From assembly GCF_031769215.1 (NCBI RefSeq), contig NW_026782140.1:186001-250000 (forward strand): a DNA stretch of 64,000 nt, given 5' to 3'. The notes beneath the pieces are model-generated. The model saw only the letters and a program-made list of their open reading frames with translations. It was not told the origin of the DNA and ran no database searches. The position numbers and the translations under genes were made by a program. Origin of the DNA: Ylistrum balloti. Lineage: Eukaryota. Each line of letters starts with the position of its first letter. The first letter of the stretch is position 1. This document shows positions 37,801-49,600 of the stretch, in pieces.

Positions 37801-39440
37801 ATGAGGTAAGTAAACCACGGCACAGACTCGTCTTATCACGAGGTAAGTAAACCACGGCACAGACTCGTCTTTGTCATGAGGTAAGTAAACCACGGCACAG
37901 ATTCGTCTTTGTCACGAGGTAAGTAAACCACGGCACAGACTCGTCTTTGTCATGAGGTAAGTAAACCACGGCACAGACTCGTCTTGTCACGAGGTAAGTA
38001 AACCACGGCACAGACTCGTCTTATCACGAGGTAAGTAAACCACGGCACAGACTCGTCTTTGTCATGAGGTAAGTAAACCACGGCACAGACTCGTCTTGTC
38101 ATGAGGTAAGTAAACCACGGCACAGACTCGTCTTGTCACGAGGTAAGTAAACCACGGCACAGACTCATCTCATCATTGTATTAATATATATATATTAAAA
38201 ATAATAAAAAAGTAACAATAAGTGTCGTATGAAATATACCACATGGAAAGCAAAATTTCATGTCATTATTTAAAGCCTAACGAGTTCAAAAGAGGTCCGT
38301 CCAAAAATAAAATACTGGACCTCTTATTGATTAGAGTTAACAAAACTCATCCAGTTGTCAATGAGATCAAACAGAAACTTAATGAGATCTCCGGAGAAAG
38401 AAAATACCAAAAATGGAAAATGTTGATTATGAAGACTACAAAGGCTGAATCTACTCTCTTTGAAATTCAGACGTATGAGAGGGGACATGATAGAGGTGTT
38501 CATAACACTAATTGAGAAATATGACAGGAGGGTAACGACCAGCCTACTACAACTTAACCTAATCACAAGGGGTAACTCAATGAAACTGATGAAAACCCAT
38601 TGCAGGAAGGACGAACAAAAGTACAGCATTACTCTTCAAGTAGATGACTTATGGAACAGTCTGCCAGACCATGTAATAGCAGCACCAAATGTCCATCAAT
38701 TTGAAAACAGACTTGATAAACTACAGGAGAACTATCCAATGAAGTACAACTTCTACATAAAGTACAGACCTGTCATCGGGAGGAATATTAACTAGATTTA
38801 GAAAATTTTCTGAGCTGCCTATAAGAACCAAGAAAAGGTCCTGCAGGCGGTTACAACATAAATAACATAAGTAAAGAAAGTATGTTGGGAGATAGTCTCA
38901 CAGTGGCAGGAAATCAGAGTGCCTGGAGAATACCTGCATATTTTAATCATTCCAAAAGATTTGTAATTCCTCTGCGGTAAGTTTATCAGCAAACGTCAGT
39001 TTATTGAGTATACTTGAACTGCGACGTCTTCAATGTAACAATGATAACAACACTACAAAACAAATGATACCCAATCTGACTCTCACTGAATTATCATTGT
39101 AGTCTGTGTTTACCAGAGAAACTTTCCAGAAGTCTGAAATCAAGTGTCTCATTCATTGATTAACATATAAATATCCACCTCTTGAAAGGATACCTAATGT
39201 ATCTGCTGGTCCCATGTTATTCTCAGTTGTCTCCAACTTTTTCTGGTGACATCGGTTTCTCATCCTGTTCTGCTGTCTGCTGGTATTTTGCCGACTTGGT
39301 TGTCGACCATCCTTCCCCAGATCACTAGAACACCCATCATCTCTGCCAGATTTACTTGTCTTTGGTCTTCTCTTGTGTTCAGTGTATCTAGACTGTCTAT
39401 CCTGTTTTTGCCATTTAGCTATCAATTCATTTCTTTTCAT
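34822..39440 (-). CDS. DCAF4: DDB1- and CUL4-associated factor 4 (WDR21) ortholog, WD40 protein, 555 aa
   Basis: Exons 39440-39194, 37752-36869, 36339-36172, 35716-35602, 35075-34822 (1668 nt, in frame). Motifs IPGFYFDAEKRKYFRI, TWTCAW, ASDVHGKVCLWDLR, YIRFWCLKTGALMRTIPPP and GLLMGLG match DCAF4 as recalled (LPGYYFDPEKKRYFR; ASDMAGKIKLWDLR; LLRTIPSP; GLLMAVG). Confidence 0.88.
37800..38165. repeat. Minisatellite, 37-38-bp unit
   Basis: GAGGTAAGTAAACCACGGCACAGACTCGTCTTGTCA(C/T), about 10 copies. Confidence 0.95.
38220..38880 (+). mobile_element. Truncated CR1-type LINE fragment in DCAF4 intron 1 (antisense to DCAF4)
   Basis: ORF 38460-38795: FRRMRGDMIEVF...TRGNSMKL...LWNSLPDHVIAAPNVHQFENRLDK is the CR1 ORF2 C-terminus; 3' end has short aacataa repeats. 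Confidence 0.8.
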
Positions 39441-40228
39441 GATGTATAACCTGCAAAATTAGTAGGAATTTGTTATATGAAAGCTGCTTTAAAATTTTGA
39501 AGGATCACCAAGACTAAAGGTAGTAATTGTGTGTTTGCAGTCAGATATATAGGGTGAATGATTCTTTGCAACAAGTAGTTCAGCAATAATTAATTTGGTA
39601 GAATAAATAGTGAAAAGAGAATTTGCCTGTTTTGAAGGGTAAGAAAGTGATCTTCATTAATGGCAGTTTGGCTGTTGATCTTTAGCGAGAATACTAAGGA
39701 ATCCTAGTAAATAATTTACCTATTCTAATCAAGTGTCAATGAGACCAAAGATTATATCTTTGTTGTATACAAGTCTCTTATTTGCCCATTTCACACCTAG
39801 TTTGTTGAAACAAAAAGTACATGGCAAAGTATTGTTAAAGAAAAGGTTCAGGCTATCCTTCTCATGTGCAAAGAAATGCTTTCTATGTAAAAACACAAAC
39901 ATTTCACGCTTTACGTAATAAGCATTAGCAACGATATTCAAGTTACACTGGTAAAAGTTTTACCATCTTAATTCTGTGTTTCACGAGCTGTTACCCCTGG
40001 TTTAGCATTCCTGATCTAAATAGATAGTTGTCATTCCACAGTATAAACAACGACTGTAGGTATTTTGAAATTGAAAATTTCATGTGTAAACACATTATTC
40101 TATGTGTGGTGCTATAAAAATAACTGCCTAACGTACTCACAAAATATATTTCAATGTGGACAAATTGTGCAAAGGCAATATATTGAAGTTCTGTTACTCT
40201 GAATATGAAGAGAACGCATCGTAATTAC

Positions 40229-40600
40229 CGTGATAACACTTTATAACATGGACGTTTGACGCTTATAGAGCTCGGTGTTTGAGTTTAGTCAATACCACAT
40301 CGTACGAAGAAATAAAAGCCAACTTTGATCAACATGCCCATCAACATCCACTGTTTACAATCTCAACTTCCGGTAAACCATATAAAAATATTTCCAATTG
40401 GATATAAAACGAAAAAAATGAGCTTACTTTCTAAATTTGCATCATATTGCGAATTAAATACCTATTCCAGCAAAAGATAAAAAGACATTGTTCAGTATTG
40501 ACAGCTCAGTATTGTTTACTTACATTTGAAATATATTTTCATATATTTTTCTTCGAGTAGTTTCGTATAACCATTTGGAAGTTATATCAACTGTAGCATC
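40229..40600. promoter_or_regulatory. Probable bidirectional promoter, DCAF4 (-) / RRP15 (+)
   Basis: Head-to-head genes. A minus-strand donor (cacg|gtaatt) at 40229 implies a DCAF4 5'UTR exon; ETS-type CTTCCGG at about 40368; YY1-like ATGGCGGC at the RRP15 start. Confidence 0.55.
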
Positions 40601-43600
40601 ATGGCGGCCGCGCACGTGGAACCGTCTGGCGATCTGACTGGAAATGTTGATTTTAGCTCTGACGACAGTGATGTAGATGATAATGATATAGAGACAGGTA
40701 TGTAGTACTTTCCCAAAACGACAATTATCAAAAAACCCTTCAGGGGTTTGTTCGCGAAAGTTTGTTTAATTATACAAGTGATGTATTTGTTGAAACTATT
40801 TCGATAATTTAAAGTTATATACAGCTGATTTAATGGTTAAGGGTACCACGTGTTTTATGCTTCTGAAATTAAGCATCTTATACAGTTATAAAATGGTCTA
40901 TTCGCAATTAAGTTGATATATATATATATATATGTCTAAACACATTCAAATAACATCATGTCGGAAATAAATGAAAGAAAACCCAGAGAGTAATATTGTG
41001 ATACATGGGATTCCAGAATGCGACTCAAGCACAAGAGATATCAGAATTTCCCACGATACAGACAAGGTGAAGGATATACTGCAAAAATGCAATGTTAGGA
41101 CTGAGAATACAGAGGAAATAATCACTAAAGCAATTGGGCTTGGGAGTTATAAAAAAAAGATTCGCTACAGGAGGATAAGCAACCAAAACCCCGACCTTTG
41201 CTTATAACACTGAGTTCAATAAAACAGAAGAAGACACTGATCAAACATTTAAAAAAAACCTAGGAGGAGATGAAAGTGTCAGGAACATAAAAATCAGTAA
41301 TGACCTTACAAAGTCAGAACAAGAACAAGAGATGAAACTTTGGAAAGAGGCTAAACAAAAATAGCAGTCACAATCATGGGGGAATTTACTTTCAAACTAC
41401 GGAGCTCCCCTTGGGCCAGAAAAGTTATGAAAATCAGAGTGTAAAGATCAGAGGTAGAAAATACCAGAACATTATTGAAAGCAAACATAGCACAGTCACA
41501 TTTTCGATTCTTCAATGCAGACCAATTAAAAAACAAGATACCTGAATTAACTCTAAGACTGAACAATATAAATCCAGATATTATTGGAATTACAGAAATA
41601 AAGCCGAAAACAAGATCTCTAAATATGAAGCCACAGGAATTCTCTATTAAGAGAAACAATAATATGTTCCATAAGAACATTGATAATGTTATTGGACGAG
41701 GTACGATACTCCACATAAACATGCTGCTTCCATCCAGAGAGGTGGAAATAGACACATTGTTCCAGGAAAATATATTCATAGAAATCTCTTTAAATAAACA
41801 CAAAAAAAATACTTTTTGTATTGATATACAGATCCGATAGTGGAACGGATGAGAGTAATAGAAACTTGATAAGATTAATCAATGAGGTATCAAAGAAAAA
41901 CTATACTCACTTAGTAATTATGGGGGATTTCAACTATCCGAATATCAACTGGGAAACGTGGAATTCTAAAGGAGATCGTATCGAAACACAAGAATATAGA
42001 TTCCACAACTGCTTACAAGACAATTTCTCATGGCAAAATCAACTAACCTACACGATGGAGAGGAAATGACACACCCCATGATTTAGATCTTGTAATAACT
42101 AACAAGGAAAGCACCGTTACATCAATAGAGTACCAGAGTATACTGGAGAAGAGTGACCAGTGTTATTCTTCTGAGCATAGTCTGTAATACAAGGATAACA
42201 TGTAGAAACATACCTAAGAAATGTTACAAAAAAGCATACTATGAGCAAATAAACAACGAAATCAGAGAGACCAACTGGAAAGATTTATTAAATGAAGATA
42301 GGGACATCCATGAAACTGGCAAATTTTTAAAAGCAAAATTCAGGACTTAATTGATATCTATGTGCCATCCAAAATTATTAAAACCAGAAAAAACAACAAA
42401 CATCAATTTCCAATTGATTAGGACACACTAGCTAAAATAAGGAAGAAGTATGCACTCTCCAAAAAAGTAACAGAAAGATCTGATACAGAAGTAAAGAGAA
42501 AATATAGCAGAGCAAGGAACCAAGTTAAGTCAAAGACAAGAAAACTATGTGAGGAATTTGAACAATCCATTGCTGAACAAGCCAAATGTAACCCTAAGCT
42601 GATCTGGAAATATATTAACTCAAAAACTAAATCCAAAGATGAAATAACAGAACTCTACGAAAACCAACTGGACAACAAATCTCAAATAGTGGCCTCAGGC
42701 AAACTTCTTTCAAAGCGTAAGGAGAGATACCTGAACTAACACACATTAAAACAAGCAGCAATATGAAAACACTTGTGATAACCAATGAAATGGTTACCAG
42801 GGTACTCAATAACTTAAATCCAAATAAATCACCAGGCTTAGATAACATGCATCCAGAATTCCTGAAGACTGCCTCCACCATAGCGATACCACTAGCACTG
42901 ATATTCAACCAAACTCTTCGAGAGGGATCCATTCCTGTTGATTGGAAGCATGCAAGAGTGTGTGCAATATTTAAAAAGGGAGACAAGGTAGCAGCAGGGA
43001 ATCACAGGCCAGTCAGCCTTACATCTGTGGTATGTAAAGTAATGGAAACAATCATTCACGGGCATATAAATGACTATGCGATCACACATGCTTTTCTCTT
43101 AAAGGCAATATGGATTTATATCGGGCCATTCAACTTCAATTCAGTTGTTAGATGTACTGGATAAATGGACAGAGGCTATGGATAAAGGTTAGAGAATCAA
43201 TTGCATATATATGGATTATCAGAAAGCTTTTGACAGAGTACCACACCGAAGATTATTAAGTAAAATTAGATCATACAATATTTCGGAACAAATTGTCAGA
43301 TGGATAGAAAGTTTTTTGAATGGGAGAAAACAGCATGTAAGAATAAATGACAAGCAGTCTGAATGGAATGACGTATCATCTGGCATTCCCCAGGGATCAG
43401 TCCTAGGCCCCTTGCTGTTTGTCATTTTTGTAAATGATTTACCAGATATTGTAAAATCAGATATGTATCTATTTGCAGACGATACAAAAATTTTCAGGGT
43501 AATCAAGAGAGAAGAAGACAAAGTAATACTTCAAGAAGATCTAAATACCATGGGAGAATGGAGTGAGAAATGGCTATTAAAATTTCATCCGGATAAATGC

Positions 43601-46600
43601 TAACATATGTTGGTCGGAAAAGATCCTGCACAGATAGATGGAACAGGAGCAAAGTACCAATTACTGGGGAATAGTCTAAAAGTCACTGATAAGGACAAAG
43701 ACATTGGAGTAATGGTAAATTCTTAACTTTCTTTCCAAGACCACATAAGTGAAAAAGTGAAGAAAGCAAATAAAATTTTCGGATTGTTAAGAAGAACATT
43801 TCAGTTTATGAATTCTAAAACTTTTCTTCTGATGTACAAAAGCTTGGTGAGATCACAACTGGATTACGCAAGTTCTGTTTGGTCACTAGTAATAGTGAAA
43901 GATATAGATAAGCTGGAGTCAATTCAACGAAGGGCCACAAAAAGGATTCGTGCAATTTTGTAAAGCTTAAGATGTACCCTGAGAGGTCAGCTATGTTGAC
44001 CTTGAAAAATAGTTCTGCACATAAAATACACTATGCCGAAAACGCGAATGCCGTTACTGAGAAATTGCGACTTTTCTGAAAAACACACCTTTGGCTGAGA
44101 GGCGTTGACCTCGTTTTCGGGCACCCAAACCTGTGACGTCATAAGTTCAACGCTTTTGTTGATGCAGCCATATTGTCTTTACTGTGCTACATGTGATTGT
44201 GATCTGTTTTGGGATTTTCCGTGGTAATTTCTTTGTTTATTTACGTGAAAGTACTTCACATCTTCGCAATATCTAAGGTAGTGAACGAGGGGTCGGTGAA
44301 TTAGCGCTTAAATCCGCTAAAATGGCTTCCTATCAAGGAGGGAAGCGGTGTGTATGGTTGTCCTAACACTAACACGGATGGGGTGTCGATGCATGACGTC
44401 GATAAATAAAACTGATTGTTGATTAAATAAAAGTATATTTGTTAGGTTGATATTTTGTTATTAATTCTACAACTAAACATTTTAAATTGATAGGCTAGCC
44501 TATGACTTGGGCGGTCATAGGAATATAATTCCTTCATAATCGTGAACGCCTAATACTCGGAGAAGGCCTAGTCGTGAATGGGTCACGGGAATTTTCACCC
44601 CGAGAATTTTCATACTACTATTATATAGTATAGAATAGAATTATTAGAATTTATAGAATAGGTTATGTGTGTATGTTGTTTGTATAAGGTGTATTTGGTT
44701 TTTAGATCTTCCAGCAGACGATGTTGTTTAGTTATTAATTTTGCGATCGTAAAAATAACCATAAGATCACCAATCTTGATTTGAAAACACAGTTCACAGT
44801 GTAGAGATGTCATCTAAACTCATAATCACACCTGTGCCAGGTTAGGTAATTAGCACCTCTGTGGCTGGAAAAAAACAATTGTGACACCTGTGAGGCGACA
44901 CGCCTGTCGGCTAACAAAAGACGCGTACCAGTGCTGGGGTAAAAACCAGTCAAATAATTGTTTAAACTTCTAGAACATCAAATTTTTATTATTAACACAG
45001 CGGAGGGTGTTATAATTGGTTGTTGACACCCTATCTATATATATCCATAGTGCTACGAAAATTCCCTGGAAAGAAAAATTCCCCTCGGACGAAACTTCTT
45101 CGGTAAGAAAATTCCTGACACCTCGTGAAAGTATGCATAGTCTTGCACAAACGTGATTTCCCGACGTCAGAAATTGTTGATCGAGACTTGAAGATAGTAA
45201 AATTAGTCCAAAACCACACCCAATTTTATTTTGTTTCTTTGAAATGACGATTCACTGTTCGACTACTTTCACGACTACTGGTGAGACCCAGTGAAGTACG
45301 TGCCAATCTATGTTGCCCAAGCGATCGTCACTTTTCGAAGGGTCATTTTCCTCCTCACTGGATACATCGTCTTGTAATTCCAGTTCAAATCGGTAGGGCT
45401 GGATTCCGTCTTCAGACATATCATTCACACCATAATCAGACTCCTCAAAACTCATGCTCAAATCGCTCTCAGTTGCGGTGTCGTTGTCACTGTCAGTCAT
45501 GTTGACTGCCATTTCTGTTGAACTTATGACGTCACATGTAGAAGAGCCTCGATTCCACGGAAATGACGATTCGGCTGATTAGGTCTGGGCGGACAGGTGA
45601 AAATCGACAACTTTGAGCTTTAATAACTCGACACTGGGGCGACGGATTTTGACGGGGTTTTCATTATTATTATTTTTACGGCATTCTTAACATTATATCT
45701 AAATATAAAATTACACTCAGGGTAAACTTTAAGATGGACGTAGGAATAAGAAGTGGTCGAGGACACTCTAAAACACTTTCTTCAACAACACATGACCAAC
45801 AGAAGAGGAAATATCTTTGCTATAAGAACTGTAAAAACATGGAATAATCTTACAGAAGACATTGCATCTGCTCCAAATATAAATACTTTTAAAAACAAAC
45901 TGGATAAGTCTTGGAAAAAACAAGATATTGTATATAATTATAGAGCTACTGTAAACTAAACGGGAAATGAACTTTAACCACACTAGTATAATTCTGAGTC
46001 TGGTGAAGAGGAACACTACTATACTATTCATGTCCACAAGTACCTGTGTATACGAGTACATTCTTTGTAATCATACTGACTTATTTATTTTCAGAAGAAG
46101 TGAAATGTTTGGATACCTTGGTAGTACCTGGTTCCAAATGTAGAATTAGTCATTACCATCACCTCTAGATGCATAGGAATTTAAAAAGAACAGTTATTTT
46201 AAGGAATTCCTTGTATGGTTTTGAGTTTTTTTGTAACTATCAGGGCAACATTGAATGAACATAAATGTTGTTTTAGCATTAGTGGTTGAAACGGTTGGAT
46301 CTGCTAAACCCACAAGATACCTAGGCTGATCTATGGAATATCAGCCCATGCAGTTTGAGGGGTCCAGCCACATACACCTGCATATGGCAGGGAATATTTT
46401 CTTAAATTTTATACTATTTAGGACAGGTTAAAATAGACAAAACTTTATTTTTGATTCATTGTTTTCTTTAAATCTTGAGCTTTACATATTTCATTTCCAA
46501 GGTGAATTCATTTATCATGGAATAATTCTGGGTCACCTGATCTGTTCAACTGTGGGTTGGTGAAGGCTGCCATCAGAGTGAATTATTGTTCATAGTACAT

Positions 46601-49600
46601 AATAGCTTATGACTTGTGGAGAATAGGATAATTAATTAGTCCTTTGTATATTTCAGTCTTGGGCTGATTCGGCTTCTGTTGCAAAATCTAAATTACCTAG
46701 TCCTTTCTTTTCTTTATAGTTCACCTCCCGAGTCTTTTTCAGTCTTCCTAATATCATTGCCTGTTAATTATTTCATTTTGTTAAAGAAAATCCTGTTCGT
46801 GTTAATATTTTCAGGTTCACCTATTCAGGATGGTGATGAAGAGAATGTTGGAGATAGTGCATCAGGAAACAGTGAACTTTCAGACAATGATGAGGTATCA
46901 GGGGATGATGAAGCCTCCGGAGACGAGCTTCCAGGGACATCTCACAAAGCTGGTTTGGCTAATGCCATGGCAAAAATTTTAGGAAAACAATTACCAAAGC
47001 ACACCCAAGTTATCCTTGCTAAAGGAAAGACAGATAAAGAAATTACTCGTAAAAGACAGGAAAAAGAATCTGAAGATGGCAGGGAAGATAAGAAACCAAA
47101 GCTTGATGATGAATCAACTGAAAGCTTAGCAAGTTTGGAAAAGGTGAAATATCTTGGACTCTTTACTATATGACAAACATAGAATTATATTGTATGATTA
47201 ACTAATGCACCATTTAAAACAGCATTAAAGACAACCTGAAGTGGGTGGTTTCCTTTGCTTAATAAAGTAATGTTTGCAAGGAAGGGATTTTCCAGGTGCT
47301 GGAGGATACTAAAGGCTCAAAAACTTAAATGACTTCCTCCCGTTTATCTTTCCTGGATTTTCCAGGCGCTGGAGGATACTAAAGGCTCACAAACTTAAAT
47401 GACTTCCTCCTGTTTATCTTGTTTCTTGTATCTTAATAGATTGAGCCTTCTTGTTTTTTTATTTATTGAATTTGCAGAGAAAGGCCGATTTTCTCAGCAC
47501 CTTAGTTTTCCCTACGTTGGGATTGCTTTTCAGATCAGAAAGTGTGATTCTAGTTTCAAATTTCTCTCCCCTACAATAAAACATTTGGCACTGACAAACA
47601 CCAATGTTAAAGAAAACACACTGATCTGGGAGATTTATAATTAAGAGTACTGATGTATGATTCCTTTCGCTTACTAATTGGTGAAAATTTAGAAATAAAT
47701 GTATAAATGTAGTTATTTTTGCATAAGTCCATAATTTTGAGAAATCATGCAAGAAATCTTCAGAAACACTTTTAGCACTGATTAGCATTGATTAGCACTG
47801 ATTAGCACTGGCATTGGTATTTCTTTTTTAGAAACGTCTTTGGGAAGCAATGGGCAGAACAAAACCAGACCCCTTGGAACGGGAAAAGGAAAGAGCACTG
47901 CAGAGAATTGCTCAAAGGTTTGTGTTTGGTTGAAAGCATTAACATTCACATGCCTTTCTGATAAAATATTGCATTATTGTTGCATTAAAAAAACAAAGTT
48001 GAAATAAGTTTTGTGAGATGACAAATTCACTATTTGAACATTACCAGAAATGACAAACACTACAAAATCCTTCAATCTGAGTTTGCCTACCAACATTGTT
48101 CATAAACGTTTATGCATAATTAGCTAGGTATATAATTTCTAATTGGCCAATTGATTTCCATGCATTGACTTTACTAAATGTGAATGGATTTCCATAAAAT
48201 TTGGTTTTGGGGTGTATCTTACAATTTTTCCCTAAGTTTGACTACCAACATACACCACACTTCAACCTTCATTATAAATCATTATACTTAATACCACACA
48301 TCAAGATCATTTAGTTTCCATAGCTAGTTAGCTTCCAGGTGTCAAAGTTGTAAATCTTTTTAACATCAGCTGTGATGTCATTTTGATAGAGCAGTTGTTA
48401 TGCTGTAGAGTATGATTGAATTCCCCTATCTGTACGAGAGTTGTGTAAACAGTAGTGGATGTTTCATAATATCGGTCTTGATGTTTGTCTTTATTTGGAG
48501 GTAACAGCGATATGATGTCATTAATTGCCTGTACTTTGAGAGTAATTTTCAATAGTACAAGTCTGTTATTCTGCCCATTCTGGATGGGGAGATGTCCAGC
48601 TGTATATGTCAATAATTATCCACAATTCTCAAAGAGCAATTGTCCAGTTGTATAATATTGAATTCCATACTTGTAGAGGAGTTGTGTATTTGTATAAAAA
48701 CATCAATTTATTTTAGGGGAGTTGTTCAACTGTTTAATGCTGTACGTCAACAACAGAAGATATTGGAGGAGAAAAGTGCTGGGCTGACAGAAGCAAAAAA
48801 GGCAAAAGTTGTTGGAAATATGACAAAGGGAAAGTTTCTTGATATACTGAAGGGAACAGATAGCAATGCCAACACACAGCCAGACACGGAGCATGCCACA
48901 GTCAAGGTTAGTGCTGTATAACATCCAAATCTCCCAGAAAAGGATCTGTAGTTCATCCATCATTTTTTCTGTGCATCATGCATTTTCAATTGCCATTCTC
49001 TCCTTAGTGAGCACCAAATCAATTAAAATTGAACTTTGCTAGTTTGGTCCTTAGGGACAAGGCTATTTAAATAGGTGGCCTGTCGCTCCTAGGGTTGGGG
49101 TAAATGGGCCCAGAAGGACAAAGGTTTATTTTGGAATGATCTTAGAAATCTTAGTTTTAGAAATGCCACAGCCCAGTAGTAATGGCTGCAGATACTTGAT
49201 AGTGTAAGGAATCAAAGATGTTCTATAAAAGTCTTCTTGGATCCCTGGCCCTGGGGACATTTTATTTAATTTCGGCTCTTTAACATGAAACAAGGTTTCT
49301 CCCAAGGAAAAGGTGAGATATTAGGAAGTATACATTGCAGTTGTGGGTGGACATAACCCAAAGCAAAAAACCCATCTGATCAACTTTATTGGATGAAGAC
49401 GACGACTTCATAAATATCTTGTTTGCAGCTTTGGTCATAGAACCATTTTATTATTGATAGACCAAGTTGACAATTGGCCAAGTGACTTTATGTCTTGGCG
49501 CAGCGTCCAGCATCTGTCCAGCGTCAACTTTTTTCTTTAAACAACTTCTTCTCAATAACCAATGGATGAAATATTTTGATGGTATGTTCCTAGGACAGGG

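Larger units (their letters stand above)
40960..45960 (+). mobile_element. Decayed near-full-length CR1-type LINE in RRP15 intron 1 (interrupted at 43971-45728)
   Basis: ORF1 remnant (NIVIHGIPE...ISNDLTKSEQ), APE endonuclease (PDIIGITE, MGDFNYPNINW, DLDLVIT), RT (PNKSPGLD, NHRPVSLTS, YMDYQKAFDRVPH, GIPQGSVLGPLLF, LFADDTK) and C-terminus (RTVKTWNNL...FKNKLDKSW) after the insertion. Many frameshifts and stops. Confidence 0.9.

Noticed and set aside
47285-47420. About 67-bp duplication and (TTAGCACTGA)x3 at about 47780 in RRP15 intron 2
   Set aside because: Small local duplications with no evident function; they only add to the general tandem-duplication pattern.
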